Counted from the first letter of the stretch, positions 10,465-21,107 are shown. The stretch is 64,000 bases of DNA from an uncultured Verrucomicrobiae bacterium (GCA_963837955.1 CAWIPH010000002.1:4416001-4480000); one strand, 5' to 3'. Notes: generated from the letters alone by a model not told the origin. Made by a program: numbers and translations.

Positions 10465-11307
10465 TTACCTCCCACTCGCCCCCTCTCGGCTATTGGCGAT
10501 TGATTTCGGCAAATGTTCCAGACAGTACTCTTCACCATTTAACGACACGCGAAATTCGAGATCGGCATCGTCTCGCTCGGTCCGTTTACACACCACACAC
10601 CGGTGCAACGGTTCATCGGCCGGAACCGAACCTGCCGAATACTTCGTGCGGCGACTCTGGACTTGACGCCGTTGCCTGACAGTGGCGATCGCCGACGGGA
10701 GAAAGAACACGATGTAATTCAGGAACGAAAAAACAAACGTGATTTTATCGAACCAATCACCCATGAAGAATACGAGCAAGAGCCCGGCAAAACTGACCAT
10801 GGCCAACCATTTTACCCGGACAGGAAAGATCAGCAGCAGGTAGATCTGCACGTTCGGAAAGACCGTCGCGAAAGCAAAAAAGAGTGAGGTGTTAATTAAG
10901 AACGGCGAAGTGTTTCCTTCTAGCTGTCCCCAATTGAGCAGAAACGCGGCAATCGTTACACCGAGCATTCCTAGCAAATAGTAGATGGTCAGCCGGAAAG
11001 AACCCCAGGCTTGTTCGAGCGAATTGCCAATCCAGATCATCATCCAGATGTAAAGGAGGAAGAAAAGGGGTTGCATCCCCGGCGCGCCGCCACGGGTCAG
11101 GAAAACTTGCGGAATAAAGATGTACGAAAAGATCCGCCAAATTTCCCCGTGCAGAATCCGCGTCGGTTCCAGCGTGAGGTAATAAACGTATTCTGGCTGA
11201 AAGAGGTTCAGCACATAGACGAAAGCATTCAGCAGCGCAATCGTCGGTATGAGCCGAGGGATTGCGAGGAATCCCACTCGATGTTCCAACCAGTTCAGCC
11301 AAGACAT
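10465..11307 (-). CDS. Conserved multi-pass membrane protein (rhomboid-like fold possible) with Cys-rich C-terminal domain
   Basis: GEIWRIFSYIF WR motif, several TM segments, HRCVVC...EYC.EH tail. Confidence 0.75.
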   Translation of the reverse strand: MSWLNWLEHRVGFLAIPRLIPTIALLNAFVYVLNLFQPEYVYYLTLEPTRILHGEIWRIFSYIFIPQVFLTRGGAPGMQPLFFLLYIWMMIWIGNSLEQAWGSFRLTIYYLLGMLGVTIAAFLLNWGQLEGNTSPFLINTSLFFAFATVFPNVQIYLLLIFPVRVKWLAMVSFAGLLLVFFMGDWFDKITFVFSFLNYIVFFLPSAIATVRQRRQVQSRRTKYSAGSVPADEPLHRCVVCKRTERDDADLEFRVSLNGEEYCLEHLPKSIANSREGASGR

Positions 11308-11460
11308 AAATTCTCTCTCTTAGTGATCATTCGAAAAGCCGGGCGGCAACAGTGGGTCGCGGGCTGCGCTCGGCGGAAACCGCTATCTCGTTCATTGGCT
11401 GCTTTGAACTGACTGGATGCCACTCACGCAACGGAGGGCAAAATCAGCCGCGTTCAAGGG

Positions 11461-11841
11461 CTAATCTCCAATTTGGGTGCGATAGGCGGCCGGATCTTTC
11501 AATCCTTTAAGTTCATCTTGGCCGCTCAGTTTCAACTTGAATAACCAGCCTGCACCGTATGGATCGGTGTTGACCAGCGCCGGATTTCCCTCGAGCTCTT
11601 TGTTGGCCTCGACCACTTCTCCGCCCACCGGGGCGTAGATATCGCTAGCCGCTTTTACCGATTCGACCACGGCCGCGGTCTGCTTTTGCTGCAGTTTCGT
11701 CCCGATGGCGGGCACTTCCACGTAAACGATATCGGTCAGCTCGGCCTGCGCGTGATCAGTAATTCCGACCGTCCCAACGTCTCCGTCTATGCGAATCCAC
11801 TCGTGCGTCTCGGCGTATTTCAGGTCGTCAGGGACTAACAT
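11461..11841 (-). CDS. gcvH: Glycine cleavage system H protein
   Basis: THEW, GITDHAQ, VESVKAASDIYAP lipoyl-Lys motif. Confidence 0.97.
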   Translation of the reverse strand: MLVPDDLKYAETHEWIRIDGDVGTVGITDHAQAELTDIVYVEVPAIGTKLQQKQTAAVVESVKAASDIYAPVGGEVVEANKELEGNPALVNTDPYGAGWLFKLKLSGQDELKGLKDPAAYRTQIGD

Positions 11842-12926
11842 GGTCTTTTGTATAACGGTTTTTTTTCAACAGTCGCGGGAAATCTTCGGCCACGCACTTC
11901 AATCTCCAGCGGTTGGCCCGGTTTGGCGTAGCTGCTCCTTAAATAGGCAAGCCCGATGCCTGTGCCCAGCGTAGGTGACTGACTCCCACTCGTTAGCTCT
12001 CCAATCTGCTGGCTTTCCACGTACACCGGATAATGAGCTCGCGGAGGCGCCGACTTCGGGGTCAACCGAATCGCGCATAAACGCTCCGCCACCCCGTCGG
12101 TCTTCTGTTTCAACAGCGGCTCGCGACCAATAAAATCATCTTTGCCAAGATCAACAAAAAATCCTAGTCCGGCTTCAACCGGTGTTCTGTTCGGGGAAAG
12201 GTCTGCCCCGTTGAGCGGGTAACAGGCCTCCAGTCTCAGCGTGTCCCGCGCTCCCAACCCGCAGGGAAGCAGTTGCCATAGCCGGCCGAGCTCGAGAAGT
12301 TGATTCCAAATTGCGCTCGCCGAATCGGATGGGAAGAAGGCCTCAAACCCATCCTCGCCAGTGTATCCCGTTCGAGCAATCAGGACTTGAACCGCTCCCA
12401 AGCGGTATGCTCGGATTCGGTTGCGCTCAGGGAGTTCTCCGATCGGGCGAAAAAGTTCGGCCGATTTTGGCCCTTGTACGGCGACGGCAGCAAAATGGTC
12501 GCTTCGATTCAATAGAGTAACCTCACCAGCAAGGTGGCCGCTCAACCACAGATAGTCCTCTTCAATTTTAGCCGCGTTTACGACCAGGAAATAGTGATGT
12601 TCTTCCATCCGATAGACGATCAGGTCATCGATCACCCCTCCCTCGTCGTTCAGCATCAGGGTGTATTGTCCTTCGCCAACCGCCAGTTTTGCGAGATTGT
12701 TGGTTAACAACCCGTTGAGCCACTCCTCGGCTTCCGGACCGAACACTTCGATTTCGCCCATGTGGGAAATATCAAAAATGCCAACAGCGTTACGTACGGC
12801 CTGATGTTCGTTGACGATACCGCTGTAGTAGACTGGCATTTCCCAACCACCGAATGGAACCATCTTCGCGTTCAGTTTCACATGTTCGGGATAAAGCACC
12901 GTACGGCGCAACGCACTGGAAGCCAT
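11835..12926 (-). CDS. gcvT: Glycine cleavage system aminomethyltransferase T
   Basis: FDISHMGE, RTGYTGEDGFE, GLGARDTLRLEA. Start moved to ATG 12926 because the upstream extension is repeat-derived. Confidence 0.96.
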   Translation of the reverse strand: MASSALRRTVLYPEHVKLNAKMVPFGGWEMPVYYSGIVNEHQAVRNAVGIFDISHMGEIEVFGPEAEEWLNGLLTNNLAKLAVGEGQYTLMLNDEGGVIDDLIVYRMEEHHYFLVVNAAKIEEDYLWLSGHLAGEVTLLNRSDHFAAVAVQGPKSAELFRPIGELPERNRIRAYRLGAVQVLIARTGYTGEDGFEAFFPSDSASAIWNQLLELGRLWQLLPCGLGARDTLRLEACYPLNGADLSPNRTPVEAGLGFFVDLGKDDFIGREPLLKQKTDGVAERLCAIRLTPKSAPPRAHYPVYVESQQIGELTSGSQSPTLGTGIGLAYLRSSYAKPGQPLEIEVRGRRFPATVEKKPLYKRPC

Positions 12927-12976
12927 GCCACCAACATAGAGAAGTTTGCAAAAGGTCCAAGCATCAGAATGCGTGT

Positions 12977-13037
12977 CGGCGTTTGGCGTTTGGCGTTTGG
13001 CGTTTGGCGTTTCGGCGTGTCGGCGTGTCGGCGTGTC
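12977..13037. repeat. Tandem TTGGCGT heptamers and TCGGCGTG octamers
   Basis: Directly visible. Confidence 0.85.
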
Positions 13038-13137
13038 ACGAGAGGCCGAGACCCCGAGACGCTGTTCACTGTTCACCGTTCGCCGTTCATCGTTTGCTAC
13101 TCGCCGCTGCCTCCCTGCCCCGAAGGGGCTAGGAGGA

Positions 13138-13642
13138 TGTGTGTTTCGAGTCTGGGTAACACATTTGTGTCACTATTGAGGTGACACTTTGTGTCATAAT
13201 TTGGGTGACACTTGTGAGCAGAGAGAGCGCACTTTGGTGGGCAGGCGGAAATTCCCAAGAACAACGCTTAGACTGCTTTGTGCGGTGCTCAGGATGGAGC
13301 GTGCAACGTTTTGCGGTTCATTGGAGGGAGCGAGGAACGAGCGAACGAAGATCGAACGCAAAATGTGGTTAACTCCTGGCGCGAAGCGGCTCCAGATCAA
13401 GCTCGAAACGGAATAAATGGAGGGGACCTGCCGCAGGCAGGGAGGAGGCCGTTTATGCCGGATTTGAGCTTGATCTGGAGTGGCGCCGCGCCCGCCAGTG
13501 ATAGCGTACCAAGAGCCTCCAAGCCCAGAAGCAGAACTCCAGGCTCTGTTACCTTTTCTCTGACACACCCCGAGGCTTTTTTACCTTCCAAGTGTCACCC
13601 AATTAGTGACACAAAAGTGTCACCCAAATATGAAACCGGACC
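13138..13642. mobile_element. Non-autonomous element (MITE), copy 1, 505 bp
   Basis: About 50-bp imperfect terminal inverted repeats with iterated GGT(A/G)ACAC sites; flanked by AGGA direct repeats (13134-13137, 13643-13646); second copy at 14473-14975. Confidence 0.85.
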
Positions 13643-13891
13643 AGGACTCAGCCCGGGGTTTTAACCTGGTTTTAACCCCCGGGTACCATCCCCATGCGAC
13701 CCGCCCTGAAAGAGCGTTAGGATGGCTTGGCGTAACCCTGGGCACCCTGTATCAGAGCGTTGTCCTAATAGAAGCAGGATTCGATAGCGAAAGGCGAATG
13801 ACGTTTGCCCCGAAGGGGCTAGAGGACTCAGCCTGGGTTTTAACCCCGGGTACGTGCCCCCAATGCGATTCGCCCTGAAAGGGCGTTAGAA
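13643..13891 (+). repeat. Two tandem REP-like units (GCCCCGAAGGGGC-AGAGGACTCAGCC-...-GCCCTGAAAGGGCG) upstream of the Y1 transposase
   Basis: Hairpin motifs repeated at 13643-13720 and 13807-13891; inverted copy at 14392-14472 continuing at 14976-14995. Confidence 0.8.
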
Positions 13892-13930
13892 TTAGCGTTA
13901 CAAACACATAAAAATATAATGTAATTATCT

Positions 13931-14380
13931 ATGTCTCAATCGCTCGCGCTCGTCTTGGTACACATTATCTTCTCCACCAAAAACCGGACGCCATTCCTGC
14001 ACTCACCCGAACTCCGGTCGGAGGTGCACGCTTACCTGATGGGAACCTTGCGGGGCCTCGGGTGCGAACCGCTTCAGGTGGGTGGAGTGCAAGACCATGT
14101 CCACCTATTATCCGGTCTTTCCCGAAGGACCTCGCTCGCCGAATTGGTCAAGAACCTCAAGACCAGCTCGACCAAGATTGTAAAAGCCAAAGGCTGTAGC
14201 AATTTCAGCTGGCAGACCGGTTACGGAGTTTTCTCTGTTAGCCAATCGACTAAAGAATCGGTCATTTCATATATCGCCGACCAAGAAATTCATCATAGCA
14301 AGATGACATTCCAGGAGGAGTTCCGGATACTCTTGAAAAAACACGGAGTGCGGTTTGACGAGCGATACCTGTGGGACTAA
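13931..14380 (+). CDS. tnpA: IS200/IS605-family Y1 (HUH) transposase, solitary, REP-associated (RAYT-like)
   Basis: HIIFSTKNR, DHVHLL HUH motif, WQTGYGVFSVS, catalytic Y in YIADQ; no tnpB; palindromic repeats on both sides. Confidence 0.9.
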   Translation: MSQSLALVLVHIIFSTKNRTPFLHSPELRSEVHAYLMGTLRGLGCEPLQVGGVQDHVHLLSGLSRRTSLAELVKNLKTSSTKIVKAKGCSNFSWQTGYGVFSVSQSTKESVISYIADQEIHHSKMTFQEEFRILLKKHGVRFDERYLWD

Positions 14381-14472
14381 TCCCGACTAGTTCTAACGCC
14401 CTTTCAGGGCGGGTCGCGTGGGGGCATCGTACCCGGGGGTTAAAACCGGGTTAAAACCCCGGGCGGAGTCCT

Positions 14473-14975
14473 TGTGTGTTTCGAGTCTGGGTAACACATT
14501 TGTGTCACTATTGAGGTGACACTGTGTGTCATAATTTGAGTGACACTTGTGAGCAGAGAGAGCGTGCTTTGGTGGGCAGGCGGAAACCCCCAAGAACAAG
14601 GCTTAGACTGCTTTGAGCGGTTCTCTGGATGGAGCGTGCAACGTTTTGGGGTTGATTGGAGGGAGCGAGGAACGAGCGAATGAAGATCGAACGCAAATGT
14701 GGTTATCTCCTGGCGCGAAACCGCTCCAGATCAAGCTCGAAACGGAATAAATGGAGGGGACCTGCCGAAGGCGGGGGGCCGCCGGTTATGCCGGATTTGA
14801 GCTTGATCTGGAGTGGCGCAGCGCCCGCCAGGGATAGCGTACCAAGAGCCTCCAAGACCAGACGCAGAACTCCAGGCCCTGTTACCTTTTCTCTGACACA
14901 CCCCGTGGCTTTTTCGCCTTCCAAGTGTCACCCAATTAGTGACACAAAAGTGTCACCCAAATGTGAAACCGGACC
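14473..14975. mobile_element. Non-autonomous element (MITE), copy 2, 503 bp
   Basis: Same ends as copy 1 (TGTGTGTTTCG...GAAACCGGACC); flanked by TCCT direct repeats (14469-14472, 14976-14979). Confidence 0.85.
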
Positions 14976-15201
14976 TCCTCTAGCCCCTTCGGGGCAGAGC
15001 CTCTGCGACAGTGAACAGCGTCTCGGGGCATGGCGGGGAACTCCGACAGCACCGGGAACGCTCGGGAAAAGTAAAAAATGAGAGGTGATTGGTGAGAGGC
15101 GAGGATAAACTATTCGATTCGGCTCGACGGTTGCCTTGTCCTGCTGTTTTGCGTCTCCCGCATTCGGTTTTCTCACCTCTCACTGTTCACCGTTTCACCT
15201 C

Positions 15202-15442
15202 TCCCGGCGTTCCCGGCGCTCCCGGCGCTCCCGGCGTTCCCGGCGTTCCCGGCGTTCCCGGCGTTCCCGGCGTTCCCGGCGTTCCCGGCGTTCTCGGCGT
15301 TCCCGGCGTTCTCGGCGTTCTCGGCGTTCTCGGCGTTCCCGGCGTTCCCGGCGTTCCCGGCGTTCTCGGCGTTCTCGGCGTTCCCGGCGTTCCCGGCGTT
15401 CCCGGCGTTCCCGGCGTTCCCGGCGTTCCCGGCGTTCCCGGC
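15202..15442. repeat. Minisatellite, about 26 copies of the 9-mer TCCCGGCGT (variants TCTCGGCGT, TCCCGGCGC)
   Basis: Directly visible; counted from the translated NAG/NAE/SAG units. Confidence 0.95.
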
Positions 15443-15510
15443 TACACCCCTCCCCCGACTTCTCTTCAGCTCCCGGTTGCTGAAGTCGCAAACTCGCTTC
15501 ATGTTTTCCG

Positions 15511-18393
15511 ATGTCGCAGATTGGAACTGAGGGGCTAGAACTGCCACCTTTCACGGAACGTCATGTCGGTCCGAGTCTGGAGGATCTTGAGAACATGCTC
15601 AAGGAACTCGGATTCGAGACCCTTGACTCTTTAGCCGATTCAGCCGTTCCCGAACGCATTCGGTTCCGGGACAGCCTGGGTTTGCCGGAACCTCAAACCG
15701 AGTATGAGGTCCTGCAGACTCTCAAAGGGTTCGGCAGTCAAAACGTCGTAGCCAAATCGTATCTGGGTCTGGGCTATCACCCGACCATAACTCCTCCAGC
15801 GATTCAGCGTAATGTTTTGGAAAACCCGGGTTGGTACACGGCCTACACACCGTATCAGCCGGAGATTGCCCAGGGGCGTTTAGAGGCTTTGCTGAATTTC
15901 CAGACAATGATCACCGATCTAACGGGTCTGGAAATTGCCAACGCTTCCCTGCTCGACGAAGCGACCGCGGCAGCCGAAGCGATGCACCTCTGTCATGCCG
16001 TAGCCGACGGGCCTACGCGTAATCGATTCTTTGTGTCAGCGAGTTGTCATCCTCAAACCATTGCCGTGGTTCAAACCCGGGCCCGGCCCCTCGGAATAGA
16101 GGTTGTGGTCGGGAATCATCAATCGATTGATTGGGGATCAGGATGGTTCGGTGTGCTCGTTCAATATCCCGACACAAACGGCACTCTCCATGATTATCAT
16201 TCTTTGGTTGCGGACGCCCACGCTAATGGAGCCCTTGTTGTAACCGCAGCCGACCTTCTTGGTCTGACCCTGCTCACTCCCCCCGGAGAATTTGGCGCAG
16301 ATGTTTGCGTTGGCTCTTCCCAACGCTTCGGAGTCCCTATCGGATTCGGTGGACCTCATGCCGCCTTCTTCGCTACTCGCGACCAGTTCAAACGCCATTT
16401 ACCAGGTCGCTTGGTCGGAGTTTCCAAAGATTCGGCTGGGAGAGCAGGGTATCGCCTTTCGTTGCAAACCCGAGAACAACATATCCGGCGCGATAAGGCC
16501 ACGAGCAACATCTGCACTGCTCAGGTGCTGCTAGCCGTGATGGCTTCCATGTATGCCGTTTACCATGGTCCCCAGCGCCTTCGCGCGATTGCTACCGAGA
16601 TCCACCGGAAGACCGAGAGACTGGCTTCAATCCTCGTTGATTTGGGTTACCAGGTTCTGGAAGGTCCGCGATTCGATACGATCAAGGTTCATGTCGGATC
16701 GCTCCGCCATCGGATCATCGAAAGAGCTGAAGAAGCCAGAATCAATCTGCGCCAATTCCCAGAGGGCGAATTCGGGATATCACTCGATGAGACTACCTCC
16801 GAGAAGGACCTGGAGAGCCTGGTTCAGTTGTTTAATCTGGATCAGCAAATCGTATCGCCGAATTACTCCAATCATCGAGAGGAAGAGCTGCCGGTCGGAT
16901 TTCGGCGCGAATCCGCTTATCTCCAGCATCCGGTATTTAACCGTTATCACACGGAGACCGAGTTAATGCGTTACCTGAAACGGCTCGAGAACCGAGATCT
17001 GTCGTTGACCACCTCCATGATTCCGCTCGGCTCTTGCACGATGAAGCTGAATGCTGCCGTCGAAATGTTGCCGGTCACCTGGCCGGAGTTTGGCCAGATC
17101 CACCCTTTCGCGCCGCAGAATCAGACAAAAGGTTATCTTCTTCTCATTGCCCAACTGGAAGACTGGCTGGCGAAAATTACGGGATTTGACGCTGTGAGCG
17201 TGATGCCCAACGCCGGATCGCAGGGCGAATATGCCGGTCTTCTCGCGATTCGTGAATATCATGCGCGCCAGGGGTCCCGCGATCGCAACGTCTGTTTAAT
17301 ACCGACTTCGGCCCATGGAACGAACCCGGCATCAGCCGTCATGGCCGGATTTGAAGTCGTGCCTGTGCTCTGTGATGCCGAGGGCAATATCGATCTGGGC
17401 GACCTCCGGGCGAAGGCCCAACGTCATCGCGATCAATTGGGAGCTCTGATGGTTACCTATCCCTCTACCCACGGCGTCTTTGAGGAGGCAATCGTCGAGA
17501 TCTGCGACATCGTGCACGCTAGCGGCGGTCAGGTGTACATGGACGGCGCGAACATGAATGCACAAGTTGGTCTCTGCCGGCCGGCCGATTTCGGAGCTGA
17601 CGTCTGCCATCTTAATCTGCATAAGACCTTCTGCATACCTCACGGAGGAGGCGGACCGGGAATAGGCCCGATCGGTGTAAAATCCCACTTGGCCGACTTT
17701 CTGCCGACTCATCCCTTTGTGGATTTCGGGCGCCCCGAGGGAATCGGCCCAGTCACAGCGGCTCCTTACGGAAGTGCCAGCATCTTGTGCATTTCCTGGG
17801 CTTATATCGCGCTGATGGGATCGGCCGGCCTCACCCACGCAACCAAGGTAGCCATCGCCAATGCCAATTATATCGCCAAGCGATTGGAGCAATTCTACCC
17901 GGTTCTCTATCGCGGAAAGAGCGGACTGGTCGCACACGAATGCATTATCGATCTGCGACAATTTAAGAAAACCGCCGGCATCGAAGTCGAGGACGTTGCC
18001 AAACGACTCATGGACTACGGATTCCACGCTCCTACGATGTCGTGGCCCGTTCCGGGAACCATGATGATTGAGCCGACCGAAAGCGAGTCAAAGGCAGAGT
18101 TGGATCGCTTCTGTGACGCAATGATTTCAATTTACGGAGAGATTCGAGCGATCGAGACCGGCGAAGCCGATCGATTGGACAACGTGCTCAAAAGAGCTCC
18201 ACACACAGCCCAAGATTTGCTGGCGGAAACATGGGACCGAAGCTATTCCAGGGAGTCCGCGGCATTCCCGGCGCCGTGGACCCGCCAGTACAAATATTGG
18301 CCGCCGGTTGGTCGCATCGATAACGTGTATGGAGATCGAAACCTTTTTTGCACTTGTGCTCCGGTTGAAGCGGCCGAGACGGATGATAAATGA
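15511..18393 (+). CDS. gcvP: Glycine dehydrogenase (decarboxylating), P protein
   Basis: [44 protein letters not shown]-lysine. Confidence 0.98.
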   Translation: MSQIGTEGLELPPFTERHVGPSLEDLENMLKELGFETLDSLADSAVPERIRFRDSLGLPEPQTEYEVLQTLKGFGSQNVVAKSYLGLGYHPTITPPAIQRNVLENPGWYTAYTPYQPEIAQGRLEALLNFQTMITDLTGLEIANASLLDEATAAAEAMHLCHAVADGPTRNRFFVSASCHPQTIAVVQTRARPLGIEVVVGNHQSIDWGSGWFGVLVQYPDTNGTLHDYHSLVADAHANGALVVTAADLLGLTLLTPPGEFGADVCVGSSQRFGVPIGFGGPHAAFFATRDQFKRHLPGRLVGVSKDSAGRAGYRLSLQTREQHIRRDKATSNICTAQVLLAVMASMYAVYHGPQRLRAIATEIHRKTERLASILVDLGYQVLEGPRFDTIKVHVGSLRHRIIERAEEARINLRQFPEGEFGISLDETTSEKDLESLVQLFNLDQQIVSPNYSNHREEELPVGFRRESAYLQHPVFNRYHTETELMRYLKRLENRDLSLTTSMIPLGSCTMKLNAAVEMLPVTWPEFGQIHPFAPQNQTKGYLLLIAQLEDWLAKITGFDAVSVMPNAGSQGEYAGLLAIREYHARQGSRDRNVCLIPTSAHGTNPASAVMAGFEVVPVLCDAEGNIDLGDLRAKAQRHRDQLGALMVTYPSTHGVFEEAIVEICDIVHASGGQVYMDGANMNAQVGLCRPADFGADVCHLNLHKTFCIPHGGGGPGIGPIGVKSHLADFLPTHPFVDFGRPEGIGPVTAAPYGSASILCISWAYIALMGSAGLTHATKVAIANANYIAKRLEQFYPVLYRGKSGLVAHECIIDLRQFKKTAGIEVEDVAKRLMDYGFHAPTMSWPVPGTMMIEPTESESKAELDRFCDAMISIYGEIRAIETGEADRLDNVLKRAPHTAQDLLAETWDRSYSRESAAFPAPWTRQYKYWPPVGRIDNVYGDRNLFCTCAPVEAAETDDK

Positions 18394-18403
18394 CAAGCAC
18401 TCG

Positions 18404-18725
18404 GACCTGTCCGACGACTTGTCCGACGAAGCCTCCTCCACTGTTCGAACCATGACTGACGGTTGGCGAAGTCGGACGTGTCCGACGAAGCCCGCCCCCT
18501 CAAAGCCAATATGCTAAGAAGCCCGGCGAAGTCGGAAGCCTCGTCCTCTGATCCAATCATGGTTCACCGAATTAGCGAAGTCGGACGTGTCCGACGAAGC
18601 CCGTCCCCTCAAAGCCAATATGCTAACAAGTTTGGCGAAGTCGGACGTTCCATCCGGCTCTTTCAACAGATCCGTCAGTTCTTTATTTGTTATCCGCTAC
18701 CTGCTATTTGTCGTTCGCTTCGACC
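18404..18725. repeat. Composite repeat built from TGTCCGACGAAGCC...GGCGAAGTCGGA units
   Basis: Related copies at about 23020-23200, 36250-36620 and 60727-61160. Confidence 0.8.
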
Positions 18726-18746
18726 GTTTCCCGTTCCATCTCCCTG

Positions 18747-19868
18747 ATGATCAAGATTATTGATCGATATGTCTGTGGCCAGGTGCTTAGCACCGTTATC
18801 TGGTCAGTGGCCATGCTGAGCCTCATGTTGGTGGTCGGTAACGCGTTGCGTGAGCTGCTTAATTTGCTGATCAGCCATCAACTGCCTTTCAGTTACATCC
18901 TCAGCTTTATTGGCTATCTGCTGCCATTTTCGATGGTCTATTCGATTCCGTGGGGGATTCTGGTCTCGGTCCTGCTCGTATTCGGGAAACTTTCGTCCGA
19001 CAACGAATTGGTCGCGCTTAGGGCGAATGGCATCGGCATCCTTCGAATCTGCTTCTCAGTCTTCCTCATTAGCGCCACCCTGTTCGGCATCTGCCTATGG
19101 ATTAATCTCTATCTTGCGCCCGTCTCCGAAGTGCAAGCTAGAGCCGCGATCGTCAACTTGGCTTCCGAAAATCCGCTCGCCCTTTTTGGAAGTGACGAAG
19201 TGATTGACCAATTTCCTAATCGAAAAATTTATGTTGGCCGCAAGAACGGTTCTTCCCTGGAAGACCTCCACATCTACGAGATGAATGCGTATCAAGTACC
19301 GGTCCGAGTGATCTACGCTCGAAAGGGTACGCTGGAAGTGGATAAAGAAAATGAACGCATTCTTTTGCATATTTACGATGCGCACTATGAGGAAAGAGAC
19401 GAAGCCGATGTAAACGACCTTAGGCTGATGCGTTACGGCATTAGTCTCAGGGAAGGCGTTCTTCCGATTTCGTTACAAGAACTAATCGAAAAGGCCAAAA
19501 ATAATCGCCGGCCAAATGAACTCACATTGGGGCAACTCCGCGACACGCTGGATCAACAAAAAGGCAAGGAAAAGGTCCGGCAGCGAACGATCTTGCGAAC
19601 CGAGTTGAGCAAGCGGTTCTCGAACGCGCTGGTTGTCGTCACGTTTGTTCTGATCGGTATTCCGCTCGCCATCACCGCCCAGCGTCGCGAAACTTCGATC
19701 GGGATCGGCATGAGCATCTGCATTGCTTTTACTTACTTTATTTTCGTGGTGCTGGCCGACACGGTAAAAGGTAAATCCAGCCTTCATCCCGAAATACTCA
19801 TTTGGTTGCCAAACTTCATCTACCTCACGCTGGGATCCGTTTTGTTTTACCGGCTAGCCCGGCGATAG
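18747..19868 (+). CDS. LptF/LptG family LPS export permease
   Basis: IIDRY N-terminus, LSSDNELVALRANG, 3+3 TM topology, WLPN near the C-terminus; start at ATG 18747. Confidence 0.9.
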   Translation: MIKIIDRYVCGQVLSTVIWSVAMLSLMLVVGNALRELLNLLISHQLPFSYILSFIGYLLPFSMVYSIPWGILVSVLLVFGKLSSDNELVALRANGIGILRICFSVFLISATLFGICLWINLYLAPVSEVQARAAIVNLASENPLALFGSDEVIDQFPNRKIYVGRKNGSSLEDLHIYEMNAYQVPVRVIYARKGTLEVDKENERILLHIYDAHYEERDEADVNDLRLMRYGISLREGVLPISLQELIEKAKNNRRPNELTLGQLRDTLDQQKGKEKVRQRTILRTELSKRFSNALVVVTFVLIGIPLAITAQRRETSIGIGMSICIAFTYFIFVVLADTVKGKSSLHPEILIWLPNFIYLTLGSVLFYRLARR

Positions 19869-19982
19869 ATGAAATAACCCCGCGGCGACACATTGAAAGT
19901 AGCCGGAACACCCGTCCCGCTCCTAAATCCTAGATCCTAGATCCTAGATACTGAACCCAAGCTCCTCTCTCCCATCACCGAC

Positions 19983-20046
19983 CTGCTATCTGCTACCTGC
20001 TATCTGCTATCTGCTATCTGCTATCTGCTATCTGCTATCTGCTATT
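19983..20046. repeat. CTGCTAT heptamer array overlapping the aguA stop codon
   Basis: Directly visible. Confidence 0.9.
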
Positions 20047-21107
20047 CCGCCCGCCTCCCCCAGCACCGGTTGCTGTTGCGTGAGGCAATGAAAGGCTCCG
20101 AGACCCCAGACGAGATCGCGACAATCAATCGGAACAATTTTACGACCAGGAAAACATTTCTTTAATATCGTTATCGCTTTGCGATCCGCCGGTGCCCCAA
20201 AAACCGGGAGAAGCACCACTTTGTTCGCGATATAAAAATTGGCATAACTGGCCGGTAACCGCCTCCCTTCTCGTTCGATCCGTGGCGGCATCGGCAGCGT
20301 CACTATTTCCAACGGAGAACCATCGGAGAGAGTGACCTTCTGAAGCTCCTCCAGGTTTTTCTGGAGCGGTTCGTAGTTCGGATCTTTCTGATCCTTTTCC
20401 AGCGCAGTCACGACCACGTTGGGCGCGACGAAGCGAGTGATATCGTCAATGTGGCCATCTGTATCATCCCCTTCGATTCCATCGCCCAGCCAGATAATTT
20501 GAGTAACACCAAGGTAATCGCGGAGCGCCTGTTCGATCTGCGCCTGCGAATGCTTGGCGTTTCGATTGGGATTAAGGAGACAAGAAGTCGTGGTGAGAAG
20601 TGCGCCTGCTCCGTTCACATCGATCGACCCGCCTTCCAGGATCAGTTTGGGGTAGTACACGGGCAGCTTGAGCTGTTCCGCGATTCTTGTCGGCACGACC
20701 TCGTCCAGATCATACGGCGGATATTTTCCTCCCCAGGCGTTGTAATCCCAATCGACGATCGCTAGCCGAGGCTCTTCCTGACGCACAATAAAGATGGGTC
20801 CGTGATCCCGACACCAAGGCTCGTTTGTCGGAATCTGAAAAAATTCAACATGCGAAACATCGATATCTTTGAGGGCAAATCGAATACCGTGATCGTGGTC
20901 GTGATCCCACACATTGATCCGCACTTTCTCCGAGCCACGGAGCGCATCGACCATTTGGACGAATACCGGCATCACCTCGTCATAGGCGTCCGGAAAACTG
21001 ATTCCTTCGCGACGTGGCCACGAGAGCCAGGTCGCTTCGTGTGGCTCCCACTCCGCAGGCATCCGATAGCCGAGTGAAGCGGGCGAATTTGCTGTGAAAT
21101 TACTCAT
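20028..21107 (-). CDS. aguA: Agmatine deiminase family protein
   Basis: MPAEWEPH, WCRDHGP, LEGGSID, DDTDGHID, GAFHCLTQQ; paired with a CN-hydrolase. Confidence 0.93.
   Translation of the reverse strand: MSNFTANSPASLGYRMPAEWEPHEATWLSWPRREGISFPDAYDEVMPVFVQMVDALRGSEKVRINVWDHDHDHGIRFALKDIDVSHVEFFQIPTNEPWCRDHGPIFIVRQEEPRLAIVDWDYNAWGGKYPPYDLDEVVPTRIAEQLKLPVYYPKLILEGGSIDVNGAGALLTTTSCLLNPNRNAKHSQAQIEQALRDYLGVTQIIWLGDGIEGDDTDGHIDDITRFVAPNVVVTALEKDQKDPNYEPLQKNLEELQKVTLSDGSPLEIVTLPMPPRIEREGRRLPASYANFYIANKVVLLPVFGAPADRKAITILKKCFPGRKIVPIDCRDLVWGLGAFHCLTQQQPVLGEAGGIADSR

Noticed and set aside
13931..14975. IS605-type tnpB/omegaRNA system
   Set aside because: No tnpB or iscB ORF near tnpA
13138..14975. 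Simple tandem duplication or composite transposon carrying tnpA
   Set aside because: Each copy has its own target duplication (AGGA vs TCCT) inside a separate REP
12927..15510. Glycine riboswitch upstream of gcvT or gcvP
   Set aside because: No recognisable aptamer motifs; the region is explained by repeats. An Infernal search would be decisive
15089..15554. ORFs of (SRR)n, (RRE)n, (PGV)n and (NAG)n
   Set aside because: The 9-mer array lacks stops in several frames on both strands, so these are repeat artefacts with no coding evidence
17332..18027. 231-aa minus-strand ORF
   Set aside because: Antisense to gcvP
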